Shown here: positions 7,127 through 18,669 of the stretch, one piece after another
Layout: each line of letters starts with the position of its first letter
Position numbering within the stretch: position 1 is the first letter of the stretch
NCBI GenBank assembly: GCA_963718585.1
Contig: OY970357.1
Coordinates: 300,001 to 332,000 of the forward strand
Direction: 5' to 3'
Length of the DNA stretch: 32,000 nt
Origin: Candidatus Saccharimonadota bacterium
GTDB lineage: Bacteria > Patescibacteriota > Patescibacteriia > 2-12-FULL-60-25
Notes under the pieces: model-generated
The model's input: the letters and a program-made list of their open reading frames with translations, nothing else
Database searches by the model: none
Told to the model about the DNA's origin: nothing
Position numbers and translations under genes: made by a program

Positions 7127-8788
7127 ATGCGCGCCATAGATCGGACAGAACTAGAGAAGGATCTCCGTACGTTCTTCAAAGGTGAGATCGCAGACGATGC
7201 GAAGACCATTGAGGAATACAGTCGCGATGCAAGCATGTTCCAGGTCCGCCCGGAATTGGTCTTGTCGCCAAAGGACGTCGAGGACATCGCAAAGCTCGCG
7301 CGCTACGTCGATCAAAAGAGGCAGGAGGGGATGGACCTATCCATCACTCCGCGCAGCGCGGGGACGGACATGAGCGGTGGACCGCTCACGACGTCTCTCG
7401 TCTTGTCCATGACCAAGTCCTTCCATCATCTGAAGCAGATGGGTGATGATTTTGCGGTCGTGGAGCCGGGGATGTATTACCGAGATTTCGAAAAGGATAC
7501 ATTGACGCATGACCTTCTCTTGCCATCTTATCCGGCGTCGCGAGAGATCTGCACGGTCGGCGGCATGGTCGCGAATAACTCGGGCGGTGAAAAGAGTTTG
7601 ACCTACGGAAAGACCGAGAAATTCGTCCGTCAGATCAAGATGGTGATTCATGATGGGACCGAGCTGACGTTCGGACCGTTGACCCACGAGGAGCTTGAGG
7701 AAAAAAAGAGGCAACGGGACGCGGAAGGGGAGATCTATCGGAAGATGTCCGATCTCATCTACGGACATCTGGATGAGATCACAGCGGCAAAGCCCGACGT
7801 CTCGAAGAATTCTGCCGGGTATTATCTTTGGAACGTCGTAGACAAGGCGAAGGGGACATTCGATCTGACGAAGATGATCGTGGGGTCACAGGGGACCTTC
7901 GGCGTGATCACGGAAGCGACGCTCGGGCTCATCAAACCCAAGCCGCACTCGCGATTGCTCGTCATCTTCCTGAAGCGACTTCCGGATGTCGCGAAGATCG
8001 CGAATCATGTGTTGCAGTTCAAACCGGAGAGTTTCGAGTCGTACGATGATCATACGTTCCGCGTCGCGCTCAAATTCTTGCCGGACATCGCGAAGCGGAT
8101 GGGTGCCGGTCTTTTCAAGATCGGGCTCGATTTTCTGCCTGAGTTCTGGATGGTCCTGACGGGCGGCGTACCGAAACTCGTCCTCATTGCGGAGTTCACG
8201 GGGGAAACGGGGCAGGAGGCGGAAGACGCGGCGCGGGAAGCGCAGAAAAGTCTGGAAGGATTCCATGTGAAATCTCAGGTCACGCATTCCGAAAAGGAAG
8301 GGGAAAAGTATTGGGTCGTCCGTCGCGAGAGTTTTAGCTTGCTTCGGCATCATATGCACGGATTGCGCACGGCGCCCTTCATCGACGATCTCGCCGTCCG
8401 CCCTGAGCATTTACCGGAATTCCTCCCGAAGCTCTATGAGATCCTCGATGCGACGAAGCTCCTGTTCACGATCGCGGGCCATGTCGGAGACGGGAATTTC
8501 CACATCATCCCGCTCATGGACCTCTCGAAACCCGACGTGGCGAAGGTCATCGAGGATCTTCAGGAGAAGGTGTATGACCTCGTCCTTACCTTCCATGGGA
8601 CGATCACGGGCGAGCATAACGATGGGTTGGTCCGCAGCCCGTTCCTAGAGAAGATGTACGGGGAACAGATCTGCGACCTCTTCGAACAGACCAAACAGAT
8701 CTTCGATCCGAACGGGATCTTCAATCCTGGGAAGAAGGTCCATGCGTCGCTTGCTTACGCGTTCAAACATCTGGATACGAAGATGTGA
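7127..8788 (+). CDS. FAD-binding (PCMH-type) FAD-linked oxidase / GlcD-like dehydrogenase
   Basis: About 553 aa. The N-terminal FAD-binding domain has ITPRSAGTDMSGGPL and GGMVANNSGGEKS. The C-terminal FAD-oxidase_C-like part has GTITGEHNDGLVRSPF and FDPNGIFNPGK. Confidence 0.85.
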   Translation: MRAIDRTELEKDLRTFFKGEIADDAKTIEEYSRDASMFQVRPELVLSPKDVEDIAKLARYVDQKRQEGMDLSITPRSAGTDMSGGPLTTSLVLSMTKSFHHLKQMGDDFAVVEPGMYYRDFEKDTLTHDLLLPSYPASREICTVGGMVANNSGGEKSLTYGKTEKFVRQIKMVIHDGTELTFGPLTHEELEEKKRQRDAEGEIYRKMSDLIYGHLDEITAAKPDVSKNSAGYYLWNVVDKAKGTFDLTKMIVGSQGTFGVITEATLGLIKPKPHSRLLVIFLKRLPDVAKIANHVLQFKPESFESYDDHTFRVALKFLPDIAKRMGAGLFKIGLDFLPEFWMVLTGGVPKLVLIAEFTGETGQEAEDAAREAQKSLEGFHVKSQVTHSEKEGEKYWVVRRESFSLLRHHMHGLRTAPFIDDLAVRPEHLPEFLPKLYEILDATKLLFTIAGHVGDGNFHIIPLMDLSKPDVAKVIEDLQEKVYDLVLTFHGTITGEHNDGLVRSPFLEKMYGEQICDLFEQTKQIFDPNGIFNPGKKVHASLAYAFKHLDTKM

Positions 8789-8808
8789 CCGCGCCGCCTG
8801 AAGGCGCG

Positions 8809-8817
8809 TGATATACT
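8809..8817 (+). promoter_or_regulatory. extended -10 promoter element TGATATACT for the ATP synthase operon
   Basis: TGnTATACT lies immediately after a 6-bp GC hairpin (8790-8808, no T tract). ATG 8826 follows the hexamer by 8 nt. Confidence 0.55.
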
Positions 8818-8825
8818 GGCCTTGG

Positions 8826-9062
8826 ATGGCCAAAGCGAATGAATTCATCAAGATCGCCTATGCGGTGTCATTGGCGATGCAGCTGGGATTCTTGATCGCG
8901 ATCCCGATCGCGCTTTTCCTGTTCCTCGGTCTGTGGCTGGACGACGCATTGCACACCGGACCGGCGCTGTTCATCGCCGGCGTGCTCGTCGGCCTTGGGG
9001 CGACCGGGTACGAGGTGTATCACTCCATCCTGCCGCTGTTGCGGCCCGATCACCATGCTTAA
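8826..9062 (+). CDS. AtpZ/AtpI-like small membrane protein of the ATP synthase operon
   Basis: 78 aa with two TM segments. LGLWLDDALHTGPALFIAGVLVGLGATGYEVY matches the pattern I recall for the AtpZ/AtpI family. It is the first gene of the operon. Confidence 0.65.
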   Translation: MAKANEFIKIAYAVSLAMQLGFLIAIPIALFLFLGLWLDDALHTGPALFIAGVLVGLGATGYEVYHSILPLLRPDHHA

Positions 9063-9822
9063 CATCTCCCTCCAGTCCGAATACGTCGCTTCGGTCTATG
9101 GGCTGAAGGTGACGAATAGCTTCCTCACGTCCGTGGTCGTGACCCTCGTCCTTTCGGTCATGGCGATCCTGTTCTACATGCGCGTCCGCTCCCGAAAGGA
9201 GGGTGCGCGCGGCGGTGTTCTCATCGAAAGCCTTCGTGTCGTGGTCTATGAGCTCATGAAGCTGACTGATTCCGTGACGCAGGACCGCAAACTCACCAAA
9301 CGGATCCTCCCGCTCATCGCGACCTTTTTCCTGTTCATCATCACGGCGAATCTCATGGGCATGATCCCGGGATTCCTCGGATCGTTCTACGTCCAGACGG
9401 CTTCCGGGAACCTCCCGTTGTTCCGTTCGGCCAATAGTGATCTCACGACCACGCTCGCACTGGCGATCTTCTCTGTGTTGTCGATCCAGTATTTTTCATT
9501 CACCACCCTCGGGCCTTGGAAGTTCTTCCGTCGGTTCGTGAATCTCGCGAGCCCTGTGGCGTTCTTTGAAGGGTTCTTCGAGATCATTTCTGAAACCGTG
9601 AAGGTCCTCTCCTTCTCCTTTCGGTTGTTCGGGAACATCTTTGCCGGCGAAGTGTTGTTGCTCGTCATCGCATTCCTTGTTCCGTATATCCTCCCGTTGC
9701 CGTTCATGATCCTCGAGATCTTCGTGGGGGTGATCCAGGCATTCATTTTCGCGGTCCTGACCCTGACATTCATCGAGACGAGCATCGTGCGGTATCAAAA
9801 ACCGGAGGAAACACCTGCGTGA
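9055..9822 (+). CDS. atpB: F0F1 ATP synthase subunit a
   Basis: Polytopic, with the conserved functional Arg in SFSFRLFGNIFAGE. ATG 9055 overlaps the atpZ stop by 8 nt. The ORF-track start 8995 adds an implausible Cys/Arg-rich leader. Confidence 0.9.
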   Translation: MLNISLQSEYVASVYGLKVTNSFLTSVVVTLVLSVMAILFYMRVRSRKEGARGGVLIESLRVVVYELMKLTDSVTQDRKLTKRILPLIATFFLFIITANLMGMIPGFLGSFYVQTASGNLPLFRSANSDLTTTLALAIFSVLSIQYFSFTTLGPWKFFRRFVNLASPVAFFEGFFEIISETVKVLSFSFRLFGNIFAGEVLLLVIAFLVPYILPLPFMILEIFVGVIQAFIFAVLTLTFIETSIVRYQKPEETPA

Positions 9823-9888
9823 TGACGTCATCGGGTGTATACTCGACGTGACAGCGCCTCGGCGCCTCTCTCTTCATTTTCTAAACAT

Positions 9889-10104
9889 ATGCCAACAGAC
9901 GCAACTTCCTTCACCATGGCGATCGGGACGATCACGCCCGCGCTCGCCATCGGGATCATCGGCGCCGCCGGTCTCATCGGTATGGCGCGCAATCCGCAGG
10001 TCGCGGATAAGATCCAGATCTCCATGATCATCGCCATCGCTTTTGCGGAAGCGATCGCCATCTACGCCCTTGTCATTGCGCTGATCCTGAAGTTCGTCCC
10101 GTAA
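9889..10104 (+). CDS. atpE: F0F1 ATP synthase subunit c
   Basis: 71-aa hairpin protein with loop MARNPQ and an ion-binding Glu in [17 protein letters not shown]. There is no Ser/Thr next to the Glu, so it is probably H+ type. TATACT at 9838-9843 may be an internal promoter. Confidence 0.9.
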   Translation: MPTDATSFTMAIGTITPALAIGIIGAAGLIGMARNPQVADKIQISMIIAIAFAEAIAIYALVIALILKFVP

Positions 10105-10114
10105 GAGCCTTGGT

Positions 10115-10981
10115 ATGTCGTTCCTTGGGAGCATCGGGATCGATCCACAGCTGCTGATCGCGCAGTTGATCAATTTCGGTTTGCTCTTATGGATCCTGCA
10201 GCGGTATCTGTATCGACCCATCATCGAACGCATTGAGAAGGATGAGAAAGAGCTCACTCGCGCACAGGTGTTGAGCGAAGAGTTGGTGAACGAGAAGGCG
10301 GACTTCGCGAAGAAGCGGAGGCAGGAGCTGCGGCGCTCCCGTGAGGAGGGCGAGCGTTTGATCGATGAAGCGACCTCGGTCGCAAAAGGGATCGAGACGA
10401 AGGCGCATCAGGATGCGTTGCGCGAATTGAACAAGGCGGTCGCGACGGCGCAAGATGAGGCGACAGCGGAAAAGGAATCGCTCATCCGCGGGTACAAGCA
10501 GGAATTATCGCAGAAGGCGTCCGATCGATTGATCGAAGGCATGCTTAAAGGAGTACCGGCAGATACGCGTTTGCGGATCCAGGACGTGTTCTTTGATTCG
10601 TTGATCGCCGATATTGGAAAGCTCCCTGTTTCTGCGGTCCAAGAAAGCGCCCCGCGTCTGTTCCGAGAGATCATGGGTCTTGTAAAGCAGGAGGGGACGA
10701 CGAAGGGGCGCGCTTCTCCCACGACCGCACCGGAAAAGATCAGGCAACTCGTGGAACAAAAGATGGGGCCGGTCATATTGGAATACGGCATCAAACCCAA
10801 AGCAGAACAGATCGATGCGATCGAGCAAAAGCTCTCTGATACGTTCGGTTTCCCATTCCCCGTACCAGTAAAGGCGGTGAAGAATGAGCAACTTCTTGCG
10901 GGGTTTCGTTTGGAGGTCTGGGGCGTGCTCATCGAACGCCACTTAATGCAAGAGCTGACGTATGGCCTCGAGAACGCATAA
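10115..10981 (+). CDS. atpF: F0F1 ATP synthase subunit b fused to a delta (OSCP)-like C-terminal domain
   Basis: The N-terminus has one TM segment (LLIAQLINFGLLLWIL) plus a long charged helix, like subunit b. The last ~65 aa align by eye with the C-terminal domain of E. coli delta (KAEQIDAIEQKL...LLAGFRLEVWGVLIERHLMQEL). It is the only ORF between atpE and atpA. Confidence 0.75.
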   Translation: MSFLGSIGIDPQLLIAQLINFGLLLWILQRYLYRPIIERIEKDEKELTRAQVLSEELVNEKADFAKKRRQELRRSREEGERLIDEATSVAKGIETKAHQDALRELNKAVATAQDEATAEKESLIRGYKQELSQKASDRLIEGMLKGVPADTRLRIQDVFFDSLIADIGKLPVSAVQESAPRLFREIMGLVKQEGTTKGRASPTTAPEKIRQLVEQKMGPVILEYGIKPKAEQIDAIEQKLSDTFGFPFPVPVKAVKNEQLLAGFRLEVWGVLIERHLMQELTYGLENA

Positions 10982-12465
10982 ACAAGAGGAGATCGGGCGG
11001 ATCGCCACGTTCTATGCCGGGGTCGGAAAGATCCAGGGTTTGCCGACCGTGCAGATGCATGAGGTCTTGAAGGATGGATCGGGTGATGATGTCGCGCTCG
11101 TGATCGGATACGACGATGCGTATGTCGATGCATTGTTCTTTCGGGAACATGTCGAACTGGGTCAGGCGTTGTATCGCACCGGGGAGATCATTTCGGTTCC
11201 TGTGACCCCGCGGGTCAAGGGACGCGTGCTGGATGCATTCGGTGCCCCGCGTGACGGGAGGGCCGTTCTCCGTGCAAAGAAACGACCGGCCTTTGTGCAG
11301 GCGCCGCCGATCATCGCGCGTCAGCCGGTCCACGTTCCATTGATCACGGGGATCAAGGTCATCGACGTCGCGCTCCCCATCGGGCGTGGTCAGCGTGAAC
11401 TCATCATCGGTGACCGGAAGTTGGGAAAAAGTACGATCGGTGAAGACGTGGTCTTGAATCAAGCCCACGCGGACCCAGCGGTCACCTGCATATATGTCGT
11501 CTGCGGCAAAACGCAGGAATATCTCAACGAACTCGCCTCGCTGTTCGAAGCGCACGATGCCTTCACATACACGGTGATCGTCGCGGCAACGGCGGACGAT
11601 CCGTACGCGGCCAAATACCTCGCACCGTTCACCGGATGCGCGATCGCCGAGTATTTTCGCGATCAGGGGATGGACACGCTGGTGATCTACGACGATCTCT
11701 CCAAGCACGCCAAAGCCTATCGTGACATCGCCCTTCTGCTCGAACGCGCGCCGGGCCGCGAGGCCTATCCGGGGGACATCTTTTCCTTGCACGCCGGGCT
11801 CCTTGAACGTGCGGCGAGTCTTTCTGAAAAAGAGGGCGGTGGGACCATGACCGCGTTGCCGATCATCGAGACGGAGGAGGGGGACATCACCTCTTTCATC
11901 CCGACGAACCTCATCTCCATCACGGACGGTCAGATCTATCTCGAACGGGGACTGTTCCAAAAGGGTTTTCTCCCCGCAGTGAACGTGGGGTTATCGGTCT
12001 CGCGTGTGGGATCGCAGGCTCAGCCGCCGGCCTTACGTGATGTGACCAAGGGGATCCGTTTAGCGCTCTCGCAAGAGAACGAGCTCCAGAAGCTGACACA
12101 GCTCGAGAGCGTCGCAAGCAAGAAATCGATGGAGAAGATCGAGCGTGGAAGACTCATGCTTGAGCTGCTCAAACAGGACAAGCGGACATTCGTTTCGTTC
12201 CAAGAGCAGGTCGTCTTGTTCCACACGGTGATGACCGGGATGTTCGACGATCAGCCGGCGGATCAATGGCCACGGATCGAAAGATTGGTGATCAAGGTCT
12301 TGCGGACGCAGGGACGTAGCATCATCAGCCGGATCACCAAGGGGACGTTCGACGACGAGGTCAAGCAGCAGATCGCGGATCTTGTGAAGAACTTCAAGGA
12401 AGAGTTCCTGTCCACCGATACCAAGGACTCTGATAGTGGGAAGACCGATACCAAGGACCAAGCAC

Positions 12466-12482
<17 letters not shown>
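10962..12482 (+). CDS. atpA: F0F1 ATP synthase subunit alpha (short N-terminus, divergent P-loop GDRKLGKS, ~23-aa extra C-terminal tail)
   Basis: Full-length alpha pattern: IIGDRKLGKST, VYVVCGKT..., DDLSKHAKAYRDIALLL, PGREAYPGDIF, ITDGQIYLE. It overlaps the atpF end by 20 nt. Confidence 0.95.
12414..12458 (+). repeat. 15-bp perfect direct repeat (ACCGATACCAAGGAC) with 30-bp period in the atpA 3' tail
   Basis: Copies at 12414-12428 and 12444-12458 encode TDTKD twice in the alpha C-terminal extension, just upstream of the atpG start. Confidence 0.85.
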
Positions 12483-14870
<2,388 letters not shown>

Positions 14871-14871
14871 T

Positions 14872-15129
14872 ATGTTCACCTGCGATGTTCGTTTCCCTGA
14901 TCGCACCGAGACCGTGGAACAGGTCGCATCGGCGACGTTGCCGACCGAAACAGGGGAGGTCGAGGTGCTCGACGGTCACGCCGAGGCGTTCTTCTTGCTC
15001 TCGCCGGGGTCTATTGTTTTAGACACGAACGGGCGATCTCAACACTTTGAGGTCGAAGAAGGATGCGTCTATGTCGATCCGAAGATGAAAGTGACATGCA
15101 TCTTGACCGCGGGGACTGGATCGGTATAG
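14872..15129 (+). CDS. atpC: F0F1 ATP synthase subunit epsilon, beta-sandwich domain only (85 aa)
   Basis: ATG lies 1 nt after the atpD stop. TETGEVEVLDGHAEAFFLLSPGSIVL...VEEGCVYVDPKMKVTCIL aligns with the N-terminal domain of epsilon (GelgiLpgHap...pG...v.gG...v.p..vtvla). The ORF stops where the C-terminal helices would begin. Confidence 0.7.
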   Translation: MFTCDVRFPDRTETVEQVASATLPTETGEVEVLDGHAEAFFLLSPGSIVLDTNGRSQHFEVEEGCVYVDPKMKVTCILTAGTGSV

Positions 15130-15135
15130 GTGCGG

Positions 15136-18100
15136 ATGAGACGGTTTGATATAATGCGATCCATGTATCATCATTGCGTGAATTTTTTGAGATATCTTCT
15201 ATCAACGTTCGTGATCACGTTGAGTGCCTTTTTTCTGTTCACGACCATTTCGGTGTCTGCCGCGACCACGACAGTCTGCGCATCCGGATGTGATTACACG
15301 ACCATCACGGCCGCCATCGCCGGCAGCCCAAGCGCGGGTGATGTCATTGCAGTGGGTGCCACCTATGCGTCGACAACCGAGACGTTCCCGTTCAATATTC
15401 CGTCGGGGGTGGATCTTGATTGCCAGGACAGCGGTGCGGTGATCGGGACGGACGTCACTAGCACCTCGGTCAACATAAATACGCAAAACCCTGGCGAAAC
15501 GACGATCCGGAATTGCAAATTCAGCAATGTCCAACAGCAGAACACTAACGTAAGCCTGGTCCACATCTTGAACAATCTGTTCACCGGGAATGCGAGGGTC
15601 ACCTTCGATAATGCGACGAGCGTGGAGATCGGAGGGAACACGATCCATCAAGGGATCCAAGTCCACACGTCGGAGGATGTCTTGATCGACAACAATGATG
15701 TCTATACCGACGACGGGTATACCGACGCGGGGCTTTTGGTTCAGAATACTACGAGCGTGACGGTCACCGGTAACGTGTTCAAGAATTTTCATACGGCTGG
15801 TGCGGTCAGCGTGACCATTCTCGACCTTCAAACCAACCAGGGGACGAATCTCATCGCAACAAACACGATCATGCTCGCATCCTCGACGTATGCGAATGGT
15901 TCGGACATGATCCACCTTTCAGGGACCGGATATACAGTGACCAATAACCTGATCCGAGTGCGCGGCGACTTGCCTTCGGGAAATTATTTCAATGGGATCC
16001 GGTTGGATGGCGCTAGTGCGACAACATCCGCGGATATCGAGCACAACACGATCGTATTCGAAGGAGACGTTCCGAGATACGACGGCATCACGATCAACGG
16101 CTGGGGAGATCATCCTGTAAGTGCGACGGCCACCTATAATCTCATCGACCGTCTCGTGCCCTCCAGTACCGCATCGGGGGCGGGATTCACGACGTTCAGC
16201 CCCGGATCCGCAGGGGCGCTCACCGTTTTCAGCGAGTACAATGGTTTCGCGGGATTGAATAGTATCGACAACACAAGTTTCGCCTCCGGGACCGGTTCTA
16301 TCGAACGAGATTTCAATTCACTGAAGACGGATGACACCAGTACAACGAATGATTTCGAGCTGGTCCCGTACAGCGTCTTTCTGGATGTGAATGGATCGGT
16401 AGATATCGGCGGCGTATCCGTTGCCCGCGGCAATGATTTTCATATCGACGCGTCCGGGACCATTGACTATTCCTCCGTCGACGCGACGACGACCGCGCGG
16501 ATCATGGGAGATCTCCGGGATGGGGACACGGTCACGCTCGCGAACGCGACATATGCCCCATTCACGCTCAGTTCGCATTCGGGTCTGACCGGGAGCGGCG
16601 TCACGATCCAGGGCGTCGGGAGCGGGACGATCATCAATTCAAACAAAAAAGAGGACGCTCTCACGATCAGTGGTGTCTCTGGAGCATCGTTCAAACACTT
16701 GACCGCACAGAATGCCCTCGCCGCCCCTGTGCACTACACGATCACGAATACGCCTTTGCGCTATGGCGGACATGATTATAATGACAGCGCATCCACCGGA
16801 GGGTCGGCGAATGCAATGGTCGTCATGTCGGACGCGTCGGCATGTACGACCAACTTCATTACGGCGGACGGCACGAGTGTCGACAGTTATGTGGGCGGCG
16901 CGACGGATGATTGGAACCTCGCGCTTGTCTCGCTCGGGGCGCTCAGCGGAGCCCGAGTGACCGTCATGGTGCCGAACAACGTCGCGAGTTCACCGTCAGA
17001 CATCACGACTGGGTGTTCAGCGTATTCCGTCACCATTGACAAATGGATACCATCCATCTTCATGGTCGACGATGGGAAATTCACATATAACAGTTCTGCA
17101 GCGATGAGCAACGGCGTGACGGTCGTTTCCGGATTCACTACTCCACCCGCGCTTTCGAGTACCGGACTCCTCGATTATGATGGTTTCGGAGTCTATGATT
17201 CCGGAAACAATACATTCACCAATGTGACATCCACCGGCAATTTCAACGGCATTCATTTCAAAGGTGCTTCTTCGACCGGAAATGTGGTCAAAGATTCCTA
17301 TTTCGCATCGAATGAATATGATATTACAGATGAGGCAGCCGGGGCGGCGAATACGTTGCAAAATGTCACGTTCAATCATACGAGTACGACATTTTCGAAT
17401 GGCGGCCATCTGATCGTGAATGACAGTGTACGGGCATACATCACGAGCGGTGGCACGCCGTTGGATGGCATCAGTGTCACCCTCAAGAATGCATCCGGAA
17501 CGTCGGAGACGCTCACGACCGATTCAACGGGATATACGGCATATACCGCACCGTTGAAGGTGATGATGCTTTCCGCTGCGGACAATGCAGTCACGGCGGG
17601 ATCGTTCAATCCGGTCACAGCGTCATTCACCTCGACAAACGCGTACAATGCGAAATCGACGAGCGTGAATGTCAGTACGCCATATCAGACCCTGTCGCTC
17701 ACCCTGACGGCCGTCGCATCTACGCCCGAGAATACCGGCGGCGGGGGAGGGGGTCCGACGCAGCCGCCACACGGGTATGCCACGACCGGATATTCCATCG
17801 ACCCTGCATTGGTCGCGGCCATGCAGGAGCTTGGATACGCCTTCCACCAGCTCGTGAAGCTCCCGGATGACGGGGACCCGCTCACTCAGGACGACTCCAC
17901 CGTCTATTATCTCGGCGTGGACGGCCGCCGACACGCGTTCCCGAACCCTGGCGTGTTCTTTTCGTGGTATTGCGACTTCTCGCACGTGACCATCATTCCC
18001 GCGTCTGACCTCGCCAAGATCCCACTGGGACGGAATGTGGAATACCGCCCAGGTCTCCGTCTTGTGAAGTTCCCCAGCGTTCCAACGGTGTATCTCGTGC

Positions 18101-18669
18101 AGACGGGAGGCATCCTCCGTCCGATCCCTGATGAGGCGACGGCCGCTCAGCTCTTCGGGCCGAAATGGAATAAAATGATCTTTGACATCTCCGAAGCCTT
18201 TTACGGGGATTATGTGATCAGCACGCCTTTGATCTCGCCATTTGACCTGCGTTCCCTCGGTCAGACCCCATCCACGATCAGCGGTAACCTTAATTTCGAT
18301 GGATATTCCGAGCCGCCTCTGACGGGCGTAACGGCCTGTTCGGCGACTTCTGCTTCTGTTTCTCCTTCTTCTGCTTCTACTCCCATTCCCGCTTCCGTCT
18401 GGCTCTCTCCGGAGATCCCCAAAGACTTCGTTTTTTGGAGCGACCTTGGTCCAACGTCCGGTTCTGCAGTGGAGATCCGGTATCTCCAGGACGTCCTCGT
18501 CTCGCTTGGCCCTTCCATCTATCCCGAAGCGATCGTGAACGGCGTCTACGGACCTGCCACAACGTCCGCGGTCCGCCGCTTCCAGGCATCAAAGGGCCTT
18601 TCGACGCCCGGCGTCGTCGGACCGCAAACGCGCGCCGCATTGAACGCGATCCTCGATCAGGCACGATGA
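15136..18669 (+). CDS. giant secreted surface protein: two right-handed beta-helix (PbH1-like) modules, CarboxypepD_reg-like beta domain, Gly linker, conserved VYYL/VYLV module, C-terminal PG_binding_1 domain
   Basis: Signal-like N-terminus (LLSTFVITLSAFFLFTTISVSA-AT). Two repeats of the beta-helix entry pattern (CASGCDYTTITAAI..GDVIAVGATY and DGDTVTLANATYAPF). Many N/T/G-rich turns, and a GGGGGGP linker. C-terminus is IRYLQDVLVSLG...VYGPATTSAVRRFQASKGLSTPGVVGPQTRAALNAIL. Start is the first ATG; 15163 is preferred if the 15147 promoter is used. Confidence 0.8.
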   Translation: MRRFDIMRSMYHHCVNFLRYLLSTFVITLSAFFLFTTISVSAATTTVCASGCDYTTITAAIAGSPSAGDVIAVGATYASTTETFPFNIPSGVDLDCQDSGAVIGTDVTSTSVNINTQNPGETTIRNCKFSNVQQQNTNVSLVHILNNLFTGNARVTFDNATSVEIGGNTIHQGIQVHTSEDVLIDNNDVYTDDGYTDAGLLVQNTTSVTVTGNVFKNFHTAGAVSVTILDLQTNQGTNLIATNTIMLASSTYANGSDMIHLSGTGYTVTNNLIRVRGDLPSGNYFNGIRLDGASATTSADIEHNTIVFEGDVPRYDGITINGWGDHPVSATATYNLIDRLVPSSTASGAGFTTFSPGSAGALTVFSEYNGFAGLNSIDNTSFASGTGSIERDFNSLKTDDTSTTNDFELVPYSVFLDVNGSVDIGGVSVARGNDFHIDASGTIDYSSVDATTTARIMGDLRDGDTVTLANATYAPFTLSSHSGLTGSGVTIQGVGSGTIINSNKKEDALTISGVSGASFKHLTAQNALAAPVHYTITNTPLRYGGHDYNDSASTGGSANAMVVMSDASACTTNFITADGTSVDSYVGGATDDWNLALVSLGALSGARVTVMVPNNVASSPSDITTGCSAYSVTIDKWIPSIFMVDDGKFTYNSSAAMSNGVTVVSGFTTPPALSSTGLLDYDGFGVYDSGNNTFTNVTSTGNFNGIHFKGASSTGNVVKDSYFASNEYDITDEAAGAANTLQNVTFNHTSTTFSNGGHLIVNDSVRAYITSGGTPLDGISVTLKNASGTSETLTTDSTGYTAYTAPLKVMMLSAADNAVTAGSFNPVTASFTSTNAYNAKSTSVNVSTPYQTLSLTLTAVASTPENTGGGGGGPTQPPHGYATTGYSIDPALVAAMQELGYAFHQLVKLPDDGDPLTQDDSTVYYLGVDGRRHAFPNPGVFFSWYCDFSHVTIIPASDLAKIPLGRNVEYRPGLRLVKFPSVPTVYLVQTGGILRPIPDEATAAQLFGPKWNKMIFDISEAFYGDYVISTPLISPFDLRSLGQTPSTISGNLNFDGYSEPPLTGVTACSATSASVSPSSASTPIPASVWLSPEIPKDFVFWSDLGPTSGSAVEIRYLQDVLVSLGPSIYPEAIVNGVYGPATTSAVRRFQASKGLSTPGVVGPQTRAALNAILDQAR
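15147..15155 (+). promoter_or_regulatory. extended -10 promoter element TGATATAAT
   Basis: Perfect TGnTATAAT 18 nt after the atpC stop. ATG 15163 follows the hexamer by 7 nt. Confidence 0.5.

Noticed and set aside
10929-11960. 343-aa ORF antisense to atpA. Similar long antisense or out-of-frame ORFs: 1129-1773 (-), 3149-3748 (-), 3294-3977 (-), 4147-5082 (-), 5073-5840 (+), 15202-15915 (-), 19243-20094 (-), 20788-21669 (-), 22719-23444 (-), 24381-25109 (-), 30154-30873 (+).
   Set aside because: - Each lies opposite, or out of frame with, a gene that has clear family motifs.
- The translations are Arg/Asp/His/Pro-rich low-information sequence, as expected from GC-rich DNA lacking stop codons.
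17735-17760. G-run (GGCGGCGGGGGAGGGGGT) as a possible G-quadruplex or slippery site.
   Set aside because: - It encodes the GGGGGGP inter-domain hinge in frame.
- There are too few separate G-tracts for a canonical quadruplex, and no frame disruption.
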